A DNA stretch of 64,000 nt from Nitrospirota bacterium (GTDB lineage: Bacteria; Nitrospirota; UBA9217): positions 96,001 to 160,000 of the forward strand of contig CAVVOB010000012.1 in NCBI GenBank assembly GCA_963749655.1, in the 5' to 3' direction. Of this stretch, positions 21,003-30,450 are shown in pieces. A model generated the notes under the pieces. The model searched no databases, was not told the DNA's origin, and saw nothing but the letters and a program-made list of their open reading frames with translations. The position numbers and the translations under genes were made by a program. Each line of letters begins with the position of its first letter. The first letter of the stretch is position 1.

Positions 21003-21326
21003 TTACCGTACGTTGATTACACAGTTTTTTGTGCCGAATGGGTTAGGGGTTGTTTCAGCGTTCGAAAGGTCCTGGACCCATGAACCGTCTACCAGATACT
21101 TATATTCATATCTTCCCTGAGGCAGCTTCATTTTGATTTTCCATGCTCCGTCCTTGCCTTTTTTCATGGACATGGACTTGGGATCCCAATCGTTGAATTG
21201 ACCTGCCAGGCAAACCTTTTTTGCAGCGGGAGCGACGATCGAGAATTCTATCTCCTGCGTGCTGGCGGCGAAACGTGACTTGGTGATTGTTTCTCCCAGT
21301 TGTTTTATCGTTTCCATCGTGGACAT
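21003..21326 (-). CDS. Isoamylase early-set / CBM48 glycogen-binding domain protein
   Basis: AKKVCLAGQFNDW, GRYEYKYLVDGSW and NPFG motifs. Confidence 0.88.
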   Translation of the reverse strand: MSTMETIKQLGETITKSRFAASTQEIEFSIVAPAAKKVCLAGQFNDWDPKSMSMKKGKDGAWKIKMKLPQGRYEYKYLVDGSWVQDLSNAETTPNPFGTKNCVINVR

Positions 21327-21565
21327 AGTTCCTCCTCTGAGTACAAGCTTAAGTAAGGGCCCTTATTTCCATGCACGATTCGGTTTATTCTCAAAATGAC
21401 ATATATATATTGATTCACTCATTTTCCGGCCGGCTGGTCCGGAAACTCCGAGGCGTGGCAATAAGGAAGGCAGCGCCAAGCCAGAGAGCGACACAAGATT
21501 TCGGCAGGAGAGAATCCTCCTGCCGAATTTTTAATGCCGGGGGAGTTTATCCTGTACTTGAATAA

Positions 21566-22132
21566 TTACGGGGCCGCCGGCTTCCATCCCTCGTCGGTCG
21601 AGTAGGGCAGCGCCTTGCCGTCGAAAATGATGCGAATGCGGCGCTCGCCATGCGAGCCCTTGGTCTCCTGGACGATTATGTCGAAGTCGATAGCCGACAT
21701 GATCATGTCGCCAAACCGCTCATTCATCCAGCGCTGGATTGCCGGCCCATACACCTCTACCGCCTCGTGCATGCGATAAATAGCGCCGGTTTGCCAGCGT
21801 ACCGGGGGAGGGGCCAGGGGGGCCAGCGAGCCGGCTTTCAAGTCAAGTTCCTTTTCGAGGCATTCCTGAGTACTTTTCTCTAAAGGAGCCTGGCCGGTGA
21901 GGATCGCTCCGATCCGGACAGGCAGGAGCTTGCAGGCACTGCCCAGGGCTTCCAGGGTCAGGCCTTTTTTGATAGCCGCCTTATTGGCCAGATCCAATGT
22001 CGGCTTGCGCTGCTCGTAACTGTCGAGTGCAAGCGAATCTACTACGCTGGTCCGGTCAGTAGCTTGTGCCGGCGAAATCCAGCAAAGTCCTGCAACGATA
22101 ACTGCCGATACTTTCAGTAACGTCTTGTTCAT
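21566..22132 (-). CDS. cynS: Cyanate hydratase (cyanase) homolog with an N-terminal Sec signal peptide
   Basis: C-terminal IYRMHEAVEVYG...ERFGDMIMSAIDF...IIFDGKALPY matches the cyanase signature and retains the catalytic R/E/S; N-terminus MNKTLLKVSAVIVAGLCWISPAQA. Confidence 0.85.
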   Translation of the reverse strand: MNKTLLKVSAVIVAGLCWISPAQATDRTSVVDSLALDSYEQRKPTLDLANKAAIKKGLTLEALGSACKLLPVRIGAILTGQAPLEKSTQECLEKELDLKAGSLAPLAPPPVRWQTGAIYRMHEAVEVYGPAIQRWMNERFGDMIMSAIDFDIIVQETKGSHGERRIRIIFDGKALPYSTDEGWKPAAP

Positions 22133-22269
22133 AACCCCTCCTTAGTATTGTAATGAGCATCATTTATAATAACGTGTCATTTACAGAGCGCTGTGATCAC
22201 CACCTCCTCTCTGTCTGGAATGCCCATCGGAAAATAACAGCCGACTGATGCTGTTTTCCGCCGGCTTTT

Positions 22270-23967
22270 TTAATATTTCGTAAATTCGCGATCGTAGCGT
22301 TCAGCCTTGCCTTTGCCGTCATGCCCCCCATTGACGGCCGCGGCCGAACGAATAACCGGCGCCGCAAGCTTCGGTTTGGAGAAAGGCACGATATTGCTTT
22401 TCTGCGGAGCCTGAGCTGCCCCGTCGCTTACCTTGAAGAATGCTACCGTGCTCTGAAGCTGCCCGGCCTGCGAAGCCAGTTCCTCGGCAGTGGACGACAT
22501 CTCCTCGGCGGCCCCCGCGTTCTGCTGGATCACGTGATTGAGTTGCTGTATGGAAGCGTTTATCTGGCCGGCCCCGGAGGCCTGCTCCTTGCTCGCGGCG
22601 CTGATCTCCTGCACCAGCTCGGCGGTCTTCTGGATGTCCGGCACGAGCTTTGAGAGCAGCTGGCCGGCACGCTCGGCGACGTCCAGGCTTGACGCCGAGA
22701 GCTTGCTTATTTCGGAGGCTGCTGTCTGGCTCCGTTCCGCGAGCTTCCGGACTTCTGAAGCGACCACCGCGAAGCCCTTGCCGTGCTCGCCCGCCCGGGC
22801 CGCTTCGATGGCGGCGTTCAGCGCAAGCAGGTTTGTCTGCCGGGCGATCTCCCCGATGATCGAGATCCGAGTGGCGATGTCCTTCATGGCGTCTACCGCC
22901 TCGGTTACCGCCTTTCCGCTCTCCTGCGCGTCAGCCGCCGATTTCAGGGCGATCTTCTCGGTCTGTGAGGCGTTGTCCGCATTCTGCCTGATAGTGGCGT
23001 TCATCTCCTCTATGGAGGACGATGCTTCCTCGGCCGACGCCGCCTGCTCGGTAGTGCCCTGGGACATCTGCTCCGTGCCTCCGCTGAGCTGCTTGCTTCC
23101 CGAAGCCACGTTGTCCGCCGCGTTCTTGACGTCGACGACGACCTGGCGAAGCTTCTCGGCCATTGTTTTCATGGCGGAGTAGATGCCCGTTTCATTTTTC
23201 CCATTCGCCTCGAACTCTACGGTCAGGTCTCCGTCGGAGATCTTCCAGGCGATCGCCGCTATATGCGCGGGCTCCCCTCCGATCGGCACGATTATCGAGC
23301 GGCTGATCATGATCCCCCCGACGATGACGGAGGCCCCCAGCAGCAGCGTCAAAAGGAGGATCCAGACTACGGCATTTCTCTTTGCAGCGGTCGACCGCTC
23401 GACGGCCTGGTTCATGCTCGCCTGATGGAACAACCCGATTTCATGAAGAGCTCCCAGCATCCTGTCATAGGAGTCCCTCCCCTGCGTCGTCAGGATCTTA
23501 AGGGACTCTTCTTTTGCAAAGGCGCTGCTCAACCTCAGGACTTCCGTCTTGAGCATGCCGAAGGAGGCCCACTCGTTCTTGAACGTCGCCATGTGCCCCG
23601 CAACCGCCGAGGCCCCGCTCTTGCGGGTCATTTCTTCATAATCCGCTATTTCCTTGCCGAGCTTATCCGTCATATCGTTGATGCTCTGTTCCACCTTCTT
23701 GAGCCCATCGGGGTCGGTCATGGCGGAATGTATGATCAGATACCGCAGAACTTCCGAAAGGGTCTTCTCGATCTCATCGACCTTGACCAGGGGAATGGCT
23801 TCGGCTTTCACGATCGACAGCGAGATGTTTGCAACGCTGTTCGTGAAAAAAAAGCCTATCCCGCCCGCGAAAAGCAGGCAGGCTATCGATATCACGGCAT
23901 TCAACAGCAATTTGGATTTTATTTTCATAATGGAGAATCCTTTCATGACAGCTCTTGATTGCTCCAC
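22270..23967 (-). CDS. Methyl-accepting chemotaxis protein (periplasmic four-helix-type sensor, HAMP, MA domain); true start may be 23946 or 23928
   Basis: Two TM segments; [30 protein letters not shown]; C-terminal EFTKY pentapeptide-like tail. Confidence 0.93.
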   Translation of the reverse strand: MEQSRAVMKGFSIMKIKSKLLLNAVISIACLLFAGGIGFFFTNSVANISLSIVKAEAIPLVKVDEIEKTLSEVLRYLIIHSAMTDPDGLKKVEQSINDMTDKLGKEIADYEEMTRKSGASAVAGHMATFKNEWASFGMLKTEVLRLSSAFAKEESLKILTTQGRDSYDRMLGALHEIGLFHQASMNQAVERSTAAKRNAVVWILLLTLLLGASVIVGGIMISRSIIVPIGGEPAHIAAIAWKISDGDLTVEFEANGKNETGIYSAMKTMAEKLRQVVVDVKNAADNVASGSKQLSGGTEQMSQGTTEQAASAEEASSSIEEMNATIRQNADNASQTEKIALKSAADAQESGKAVTEAVDAMKDIATRISIIGEIARQTNLLALNAAIEAARAGEHGKGFAVVASEVRKLAERSQTAASEISKLSASSLDVAERAGQLLSKLVPDIQKTAELVQEISAASKEQASGAGQINASIQQLNHVIQQNAGAAEEMSSTAEELASQAGQLQSTVAFFKVSDGAAQAPQKSNIVPFSKPKLAAPVIRSAAAVNGGHDGKGKAERYDREFTKY

Positions 23968-24082
23968 AGCCCCGAAGCGAAGACCTCTGGCCCGGGAAAC
24001 ATTCGTCTTCAGATTGCGCAGTGTAAAGCCCGTGAGTCAGGTCAGGTTTGCTGCCCGAATCTGCGGCGTTTGAGCAGGCGCC

Positions 24083-25087
24083 TCAGCTCTTGCTGAAGCT
24101 CGCATCCACGAAAGTCTTCAGGTCTGTTTTCTGGATCAAACCGGCGGACACCGACATGTCGTGGATCGTCTGGTAATCCGCAAGTTTGGGCGCGAGGTCG
24201 CTGTATATAATGCGGTTCGAGGGGTGCTGCATTACATTCACGATTACGCGTTCGTCTATCTGCACGTACTTCCGCGCAAGGGTTGCGACTTCCTTCGAAC
24301 CTTTATCCTTGTCCTCATCGATGAACTTGCCGCTCCTCTGGATGCTATGCACCCATTCCCGGATCCCTTCCGGGTTGGACGATAATTGCTGTTTATGTAC
24401 GACCGCGACGCAGCAAATGTGGTTGGGGAGTATGTCTTTGGAAAGCTTCAGTATCCGTCCGGTTCCCGCCTGTACCGCCCTCTCACCTGCAGGCTCAGGA
24501 CCGAGATAAGCGTCGATGCTGCCGCTCTTGAGCGAATCGGGCATATTCGGGGGCGGGACCGGCATGATGTTCACGTCTTTCAGGGACAGCCCCGCGGTTT
24601 TGAGATATTTATCGAGAATGACCGCATGGGTGGATACCCGGTAGGGAACCGCCACGGTCTTTCCCTTGAGGTCTGCCGCCGATTTTATCGAAGAGTCCGC
24701 TCTGATGGTCAGGCCGGATCCGTGCCGGTGGCCTATTGCGACCGTCCTGATATCCATGCCGTTGTTGAACAGATCCATTGCAAAGTTCGACAGGATCATG
24801 GCCCCGCCGACCACGTTCGCCTTGAGCGCGCCGGCAAGTGCGTCCCACGATTTGAACTGCATCGGCTCGATATCGATGTTCTTGAATGAGCCATTGTCCC
24901 GTGCATGGGACATCAGCATGGCAAAATGATCGAGAATCGGGATATAGGCGATCTTCATGGTGGTTTTTGAAACGGCTATTGAAGGAAATCCAAGGGAGCT
25001 CAGGCCGAGAGCGGCGCAGCCGACCGCGGTCGTTTTCAGGAATTGACGGCGGCCCATTTTTTTGGAAGATCTTTTCTCGTTTCCCAT
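24083..25087 (-). CDS. Tat-exported CmpA/NrtA (NMT1-like) substrate-binding protein
   Basis: GRRQFLK Tat motif; IAYIPILDH, FKSW..L, HRHGS, DLKGKTVAVP, PPPNM, HICC motifs. Confidence 0.85.
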   Translation of the reverse strand: MGNEKRSSKKMGRRQFLKTTAVGCAALGLSSLGFPSIAVSKTTMKIAYIPILDHFAMLMSHARDNGSFKNIDIEPMQFKSWDALAGALKANVVGGAMILSNFAMDLFNNGMDIRTVAIGHRHGSGLTIRADSSIKSAADLKGKTVAVPYRVSTHAVILDKYLKTAGLSLKDVNIMPVPPPNMPDSLKSGSIDAYLGPEPAGERAVQAGTGRILKLSKDILPNHICCVAVVHKQQLSSNPEGIREWVHSIQRSGKFIDEDKDKGSKEVATLARKYVQIDERVIVNVMQHPSNRIIYSDLAPKLADYQTIHDMSVSAGLIQKTDLKTFVDASFSKS

Positions 25088-25512
25088 TTTGTGTGTCTCC
25101 TTTTTGTTGAATTACTTCAACTCTGACGAATTGAAGTTGTTTCTTTTTCTTTAGTCCTACTCACGGCCAGGCAATATGATCATTTATTGATGCTCATGTT
25201 CTTGAACAAGTAAACCCTCTTCTTGTCCGCCCGCAGCAGACTGCGGGGATTGAACTCACTCCGGAATTCATTTACGAAAACTCCCTCGCCGTTCTGTGCC
25301 GTGAGGCAGCAAGACATGCAGAACGCAATAAAAACGCAGATTTGCCGCACTGTTCAGTAAGTATTATGTACGTGACAGGATTTACTCGCCAAAAACTACA
25401 GCGAGGACAGGATGGACAGATACGTAATCAAATCAAAAGTATTGTCGCGGACAGCAGTCTTCGGAAGTGGTTATCGGAATAAATTCTGCTATCTGGTTAT
25501 GGCGTTGATAAA

Positions 25513-25529
25513 AGCAAATATAAGGCCAG
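25513..25529 (-). promoter_or_regulatory. Putative sigma54 (-24/-12) promoter
   Basis: Minus strand reads CTGGCCTTATATTTGCT (TGGC-N7-TTGC), upstream of the SBP-MCP-cyanase genes. Confidence 0.55.
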
Positions 25530-25893
25530 AACTTGGGATTTTGGACATTAGATTATTCTGCTGAGAAATTTCGGTCCCGAAAATCACCTATATTCGTATT
25601 TTTATGAAGGAATCTGCGGCAATAGAGACCCCAATTGCAATGGACTGCAAACTGTTGGTCGTCTAGAATGTGCTCTCGTGGCTGAATGAATCAGGGCTGG
25701 TGAGGGAAAAAGAAATGGATTTCTGTAGTGTTTACGACCCCGCGATAATAGCTTTACAGCCTTCAGATGGCTAACTTTTCAATAAATTGTGCTAAATTCG
25801 TATTATAATACTGTCCGTTTTCCGACCCGTGATCACATATCGCGTCACAGTGGCATCAAGGTCATTTTTCTGCAACATTCCGTCGCAGACGTT

Positions 25894-26033
25894 GCTCCCC
25901 GAGGACGGGAACCCCGTCGGGAACGTCCCTGGCGACGTGGTCGCCCCGCGCCATTCCCGAATGAACGTCGTCACCGCGTCCATCGACCGCATCGATTTCC
26001 ACCATCCCATTTTCGTCGGCGACCTTCTTGTCG
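25894..26033 (+). pseudogene. Degenerate internal fragment of the acyl-CoA thioesterase gene (copy of ~28220-28390)
   Basis: Encodes HSRMNVVTASIDRIDFHHPIFVGDLL, identical to the 28169 ORF, with a deletion between two GTGGTCG repeats. Confidence 0.85.
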
Positions 26034-26089
26034 TTATTCGTCCGTTTCACATTTGCCCTTGCCCCCTTCGCTTAAAAATAGTATCCTCA

Positions 26090-26226
26090 CGCCGAAAGAG
26101 ATGCACCTGGACCGTGTGATAGTCCGATCGGAAAAACAGAAGAATGCGAACTGCGAATCGGCGGGAGCATGGTCAAGACCCCTTTCCTGGTTGTAGAGAT
26201 CCCGCCATACTGCGAACGGACGCTGA
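26090..26226 (+). pseudogene. Degenerate fragment of the aspartyl protease gene (copy of ~19515-19652)
   Basis: cgccgaaagag...gatcggaaaaac.gaagaatgcgaactgcg...cctttcctggttgtagagatcccgcc...gcgaacggacgc is shared. Confidence 0.85.
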
Positions 26227-26277
26227 ATCCCGAATTCACGCACGTCAGACATGGTCGGCCCTGTACGAGACAATCCG

Positions 26278-28053
26278 ATGAATAAAGAAGTAATAGACGT
26301 AGTCGTCGATCTCGCTGAGGTGCTCGCGCGTAAACACCTGACCATTTTCTGCGGGGCAGGCATCTCGCGCAATTCAGGAGTCCCGCCTGTTAAGCCGCTC
26401 CTGGCCCATCTTCTCGGGAAATTAAGCATTCCCGAATCCATCCATCGTAAGTTTTGGGATATTCCCTTTGAGATGGTTATGCAAACACTAATAGAACACA
26501 GCAGAGGCGTGGAAGACGGCATTTTCGACATTTACGGTTTGGGCCGGCCAAATACGAGCCATCTCTTTCTCGCCGCATTAATGCATTCGGACAAAGTGCG
26601 GACGATTGTTACTACGAATTTCGATCATCTGATAGAGCATGCGCTACACGTAGATCCCCCGGCCATGGTCACGTCTTCCAGGGGCCCAACTCCGGGGGGG
26701 CTCGATATGGCGGAATATCGGTTACTCTATCGGGATGATCATTTTGAAGCTTGCCGGCTCGATGACGGTCAAAAAAGGCTGGTCAAGATTCACGGAAGTT
26801 ATCAAGACAAAGCGAGCATGATCATCACGATCAAGCAAATCGCACAACGGGACCTGTCCGCAAACCGGCGCAACCTCGTCAAACGGGTGTTTGCAAACAC
26901 GATGGCCGAGGAGCATGCCGTGCTCGTCCTGGGATATAGTTGTTCCGACTTGTTCGACATCAATGAGTGTATCGCATCGGTGACGGGAGACAAAAAGAGA
27001 ATCTACTTTGTTCAATACTCTACGACCGAGGAACGCGTGGAGGACATCAGTATCCTCAAAGACAAAAATCCTTTCTCGCACTATCCGGGGAAACGGATCT
27101 ATTGCGACACGGACGCGTTTATCGAAGAACTTTGGAAAAAAGCCGTTCTCCTTCCGTATCGAAGGGTTTGCTGCGCCGGGGATGAGCATTGGAAAACCAT
27201 GATCGATCGTTGGGCCGGTTGGAACTCGGACTACAATAAGGATGATATCCTCGGCAAACTCTACTTTGACGTCCGTGAATATCAAAGGTCGATTCAGCAT
27301 TACCAGGCAGTGCTTACGTCCTGCCGGCTGAAGAATGACCGGTTGAACGTTGCGGAATGTCTTCACAACATCGGCCTGGCGTACCATGGTAACGAAGACA
27401 GCAGTACCGCCATCGAGTATTACGAGCAGGCGCTTCGGGCGGCAAAACAACACAGGGACAAAGAATTGGCCATGGTGCTATACGGCAGTTTGGCCGCAGC
27501 AGGGATGAAATTGTATTTTCTGGGTGACAAGGAGTGCGAGCGGTCGCTTCGCTACTACAAAAAGGCTTTGCGCACGGCTAAACGACTCAAGGACAAACGC
27601 CATGAAGGGCATTGGCGCAACGGCATCGCCTCCGTCTATATGCACAGGAAGTTGGACTCGCTGGCAATTTCACACTTGCAACGGGCCTTGGACATTGCCC
27701 GTGAGCTGGGAGATAAAAGGAGCGAGTGCAGTCGGCTCGTTAGTATGGGCACGTTACATTATCATTTGGGCAACTATGAAGAGGCCATCGGCTTTTACGA
27801 ACAAGCGCTCTATATAGCAAAGGGCTTGGGGGATATTCCCACCGAAGTACAACTTCTAGACGACATCGAAAGATCAAACAAGATGAAGGATGCGCCGGAC
27901 AGATTCGAAAAATCCATGCAGCGCATGGGGATAGAAATCCTCGATGAGTCGCAGATTAGTGTCAGCGATGCCTTCTGGTCGCAGATCATCGGCTTCATCG
28001 GTGTCATCATCACCTTTTTTATCGTGTGGATGCTTCTTCAGCGCTTCTGTTGA
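26278..28053 (+). CDS. SIR2-like domain + TPR repeats + C-terminal TM protein
   Basis: IFCGAGIS, IVTTNFD, KIHGS and VLGYS SIR2 motifs; TPRs (LHNIGLAY, AIEYYEQAL, GNYEEAIGFYEQAL); hydrophobic C-terminus. Confidence 0.88.
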   Translation: MNKEVIDVVVDLAEVLARKHLTIFCGAGISRNSGVPPVKPLLAHLLGKLSIPESIHRKFWDIPFEMVMQTLIEHSRGVEDGIFDIYGLGRPNTSHLFLAALMHSDKVRTIVTTNFDHLIEHALHVDPPAMVTSSRGPTPGGLDMAEYRLLYRDDHFEACRLDDGQKRLVKIHGSYQDKASMIITIKQIAQRDLSANRRNLVKRVFANTMAEEHAVLVLGYSCSDLFDINECIASVTGDKKRIYFVQYSTTEERVEDISILKDKNPFSHYPGKRIYCDTDAFIEELWKKAVLLPYRRVCCAGDEHWKTMIDRWAGWNSDYNKDDILGKLYFDVREYQRSIQHYQAVLTSCRLKNDRLNVAECLHNIGLAYHGNEDSSTAIEYYEQALRAAKQHRDKELAMVLYGSLAAAGMKLYFLGDKECERSLRYYKKALRTAKRLKDKRHEGHWRNGIASVYMHRKLDSLAISHLQRALDIARELGDKRSECSRLVSMGTLHYHLGNYEEAIGFYEQALYIAKGLGDIPTEVQLLDDIERSNKMKDAPDRFEKSMQRMGIEILDESQISVSDAFWSQIIGFIGVIITFFIVWMLLQRFC

Positions 28054-28168
28054 TTGGAGCCTGCCCCAAGCCCGTAAATGAACTTCATAACAGTTCAGCA
28101 CTTTTGTCCATGATATAATTGATCGCAAGAGGACGTAGAAGGTCAGCCTCAGACAATAAGGAGCTTGC

Positions 28169-28675
28169 ATGGAAGGCAAACGAGTAGCGGACAGCAGCGT
28201 TATCACAGCGCAGATGATGATCCCCCAGGACGCGAATCCCGCAGGCAACGTCCACGGCGGTGTGGTCGTGAAGATCATCGACGAGGCGGCCGGCGTGGTC
28301 GCCGCGCGCCATTCCCGCATGAACGTCGTCACCGCGTCCATCGACCGCATCGATTTTCACCATCCTATTTTCGTCGGCGATCTTCTCTTCTTCAAGGCAA
28401 GTCTGAATTCCGTGGGCAGGACGTCCATGGAGATCGGCGTGCGCGTGGAGGCGGAGAACCTGCGGACCGGCGACGTGCAGCACGCAGCCTCTGCGTATCT
28501 CACCTATGTGGCCATCGACCAGCAGGGCAAGCCCGTGCCCGTGCCGCCGCTTGTCCTCGAGACCGATGAGGAGCGGCGCAGGAACAACGACGCGCTCTCG
28601 CGCAGGGCCATGCGGCTGGCCGAGCGGAACAGGCAGGCGCAGTGCAAGCAGGACCCGGGGGCGTGTTCACAGTGA
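28169..28675 (+). CDS. Acyl-CoA thioesterase (hotdog fold, YciA-like)
   Basis: DANPAGNVHGG, VTASID, VGRTSME and AYLTYVAID motifs. Confidence 0.92.
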   Translation: MEGKRVADSSVITAQMMIPQDANPAGNVHGGVVVKIIDEAAGVVAARHSRMNVVTASIDRIDFHHPIFVGDLLFFKASLNSVGRTSMEIGVRVEAENLRTGDVQHAASAYLTYVAIDQQGKPVPVPPLVLETDEERRRNNDALSRRAMRLAERNRQAQCKQDPGACSQ

Positions 28676-28812
28676 AGTCATCATGAACCCCGGAATGGCG
28701 CAGCAGATCGAGACCGCGTTCAACAACATCATCTGAACTTCTTCCTGTACCCTTTGTAGTTACCATTCTTTGAAACTCATAATATTTCAACCCGTATTTT
28801 TCTCCACAATAT

Positions 28813-28901
28813 CCCCTCAAAATACCCTATCGCTGTCGTTGACATCTGCTTTGATCAGGAATATATTCGTCTGGAATTTGAAATATCGAAACTGGCGCGG
28901 C
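28813..28901 (+). promoter_or_regulatory. Promoter element P, copy 2
   Basis: aaaataccct...TTGACA (28839) - 17 nt - TATATT (28862); also shares ctggcgcggc with copy 1. Confidence 0.75.
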
Positions 28902-29081
28902 ACAGAGGGCTACTTAATAACGGATTTGCCTGAACCGGCTGATAAAATTTGGTGCAATCCGCAAGATTGAACCATCGTAGAAGATCAAAGGAACCGATTG
29001 GAAAGTTTATCATATCATAAACCCGCGGACATACCGAAGGTTTATGATACAATAACTCGTTAAAGCAAAACGGAGATAAAT

Positions 29082-29384
29082 ATGCCCATCACAGAAGCAA
29101 ACAATGTTATTTTCGTTGCTTATGCGATACCATTTGCAGCGGTCAGCCTTTGTCTTTATAGGGTAACGAGAAAGGAAAAATTACAAAAAATCGATTATCT
29201 ACTTGCACTTTTTGTTTCCATTACAGGCGTTGTCATATTCCTATTCAATTCAGTATGGCTGGAACATCACACTACAATCAAATCTGGCTCATCAAGATAC
29301 ATGAAAGGCGTTTATTTCTTTTCTTTATTTTTCATTACTGGTCTTCTCACCAGTGCATTCATGAGAAACTTTTCGAGGAAATGA
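29082..29384 (+). CDS. Small AT-rich membrane protein (cassette-like)
   Basis: RBS GGAGA; three hydrophobic segments. Confidence 0.65.
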   Translation: MPITEANNVIFVAYAIPFAAVSLCLYRVTRKEKLQKIDYLLALFVSITGVVIFLFNSVWLEHHTTIKSGSSRYMKGVYFFSLFFITGLLTSAFMRNFSRK

Positions 29385-29807
29385 ATCTAGTACACCGTCA
29401 ACTTAATTGCTGATGGTTTCGCACTGTTATTCCGGCTAAAATCATGCCGGGAAAAAGTGCGAAAAAGGCGCAACCCACTACCAAGAACTATTTTTACCGT
29501 GTACTAGCCTGTCGTTCCGCGCCGATTGCTTCGCGGCATGTGAGCCCATCGTTGTCTAGAAATGAGGGCAAAAAATGATAGGGTTGTTGCACGCGTTGTG
29601 TGACCAGTTTTGTAGATCGGGTAGAGCAATATTGCGAAACCCGACGCTTTAAGACATGCCTGATTACCGAGGGGAATGCACCGCCGATTCATGCGATGCA
29701 GTAATCTACATTAAGAAACGAAATGGATGGAAAGATGTCGGGTTTCGCTACGCTCTATCCGACCTACCGACTGTTCGCCCGAGTTCATCCAATCCGCTGA
29801 GTAGAAA

Positions 29808-29856
29808 GGCCAACATCGCGGTACCAGAAGGCGGCGCGTGACCACGTCCGTTAGGT
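29808..29856 (+). other. Degenerate attC-like site
   Basis: GGCCAAC...GTTAGGT directly before the next ATG; short and imperfect. Confidence 0.4.
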
Positions 29857-29863
29857 TTCTACG

Positions 29864-30388
29864 ATGACAAATCTATTACAATGGCTTAATAATCTCATCT
29901 TGTTGATAGTGTGCATCGGCTTTATATCGACTTTATTGATCATATTTTCGGTTAAAATGAGCAGCCGTGATCGCTTTTCCAAAGTTCTAAAAGGTTTGGT
30001 TATTGGCAGCATAGTTTTTGTTTTGCTCCAGTCTTTCGTAATAAGCAGAATTTTATTGTATTCATTTTACAACCAGCTAAAAAACAAAGCGTCTATTGAT
30101 CTAAGGTATACCGGTAATGTGATAACGATCAATTCTCGCGGGGAACTGACCACATTCCTAAATATAATCAAACGATCAGAAAGAATTTCGGCTCATCATA
30201 GTCATCCTATCAATGAGATTCAACTTACTCTTCCCGACGATGAATCTGTTTATACAATTAGTAGAGACTCTTCGAACGAAAACGAATACTGGCTTGTTGT
30301 TCAAACTGGCGGTGTTGAAAGAATATTATTGCAATTCAAAACAAGTGAGCTGAATAAATGGCTGGACCGAAATGGAATTAGATATTGA
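29864..30388 (+). CDS. Hypothetical membrane protein (cassette-like)
   Basis: AT-rich ORF with two N-terminal TM segments, bounded by attC-like sites. Confidence 0.7.
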   Translation: MTNLLQWLNNLILLIVCIGFISTLLIIFSVKMSSRDRFSKVLKGLVIGSIVFVLLQSFVISRILLYSFYNQLKNKASIDLRYTGNVITINSRGELTTFLNIIKRSERISAHHSHPINEIQLTLPDDESVYTISRDSSNENEYWLVVQTGGVERILLQFKTSELNKWLDRNGIRY

Positions 30389-30390
30389 GC

Positions 30391-30446
30391 GTATAACTTG
30401 TAGATCCACGCCAATCGCTGCGCGGCGTGTGAGCTCTGGGTTAACT
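30391..30446 (+). other. attC-like integron recombination site
   Basis: GTATAAC-ttgtaga-TCCACGCC-aatcgctgcgc-GGCGTGTGA-gctctgg-GTTAACT: hairpin with extrahelical base, placed between a stop codon and the next start. Confidence 0.65.
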
Positions 30447-30450
30447 TTAT

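Noticed and set aside
25894-26226. Duplicated gene fragments as a diversity-generating retroelement TR/VR pair
   Set aside because: No reverse transcriptase is present; differences are not adenine-specific and include indels.
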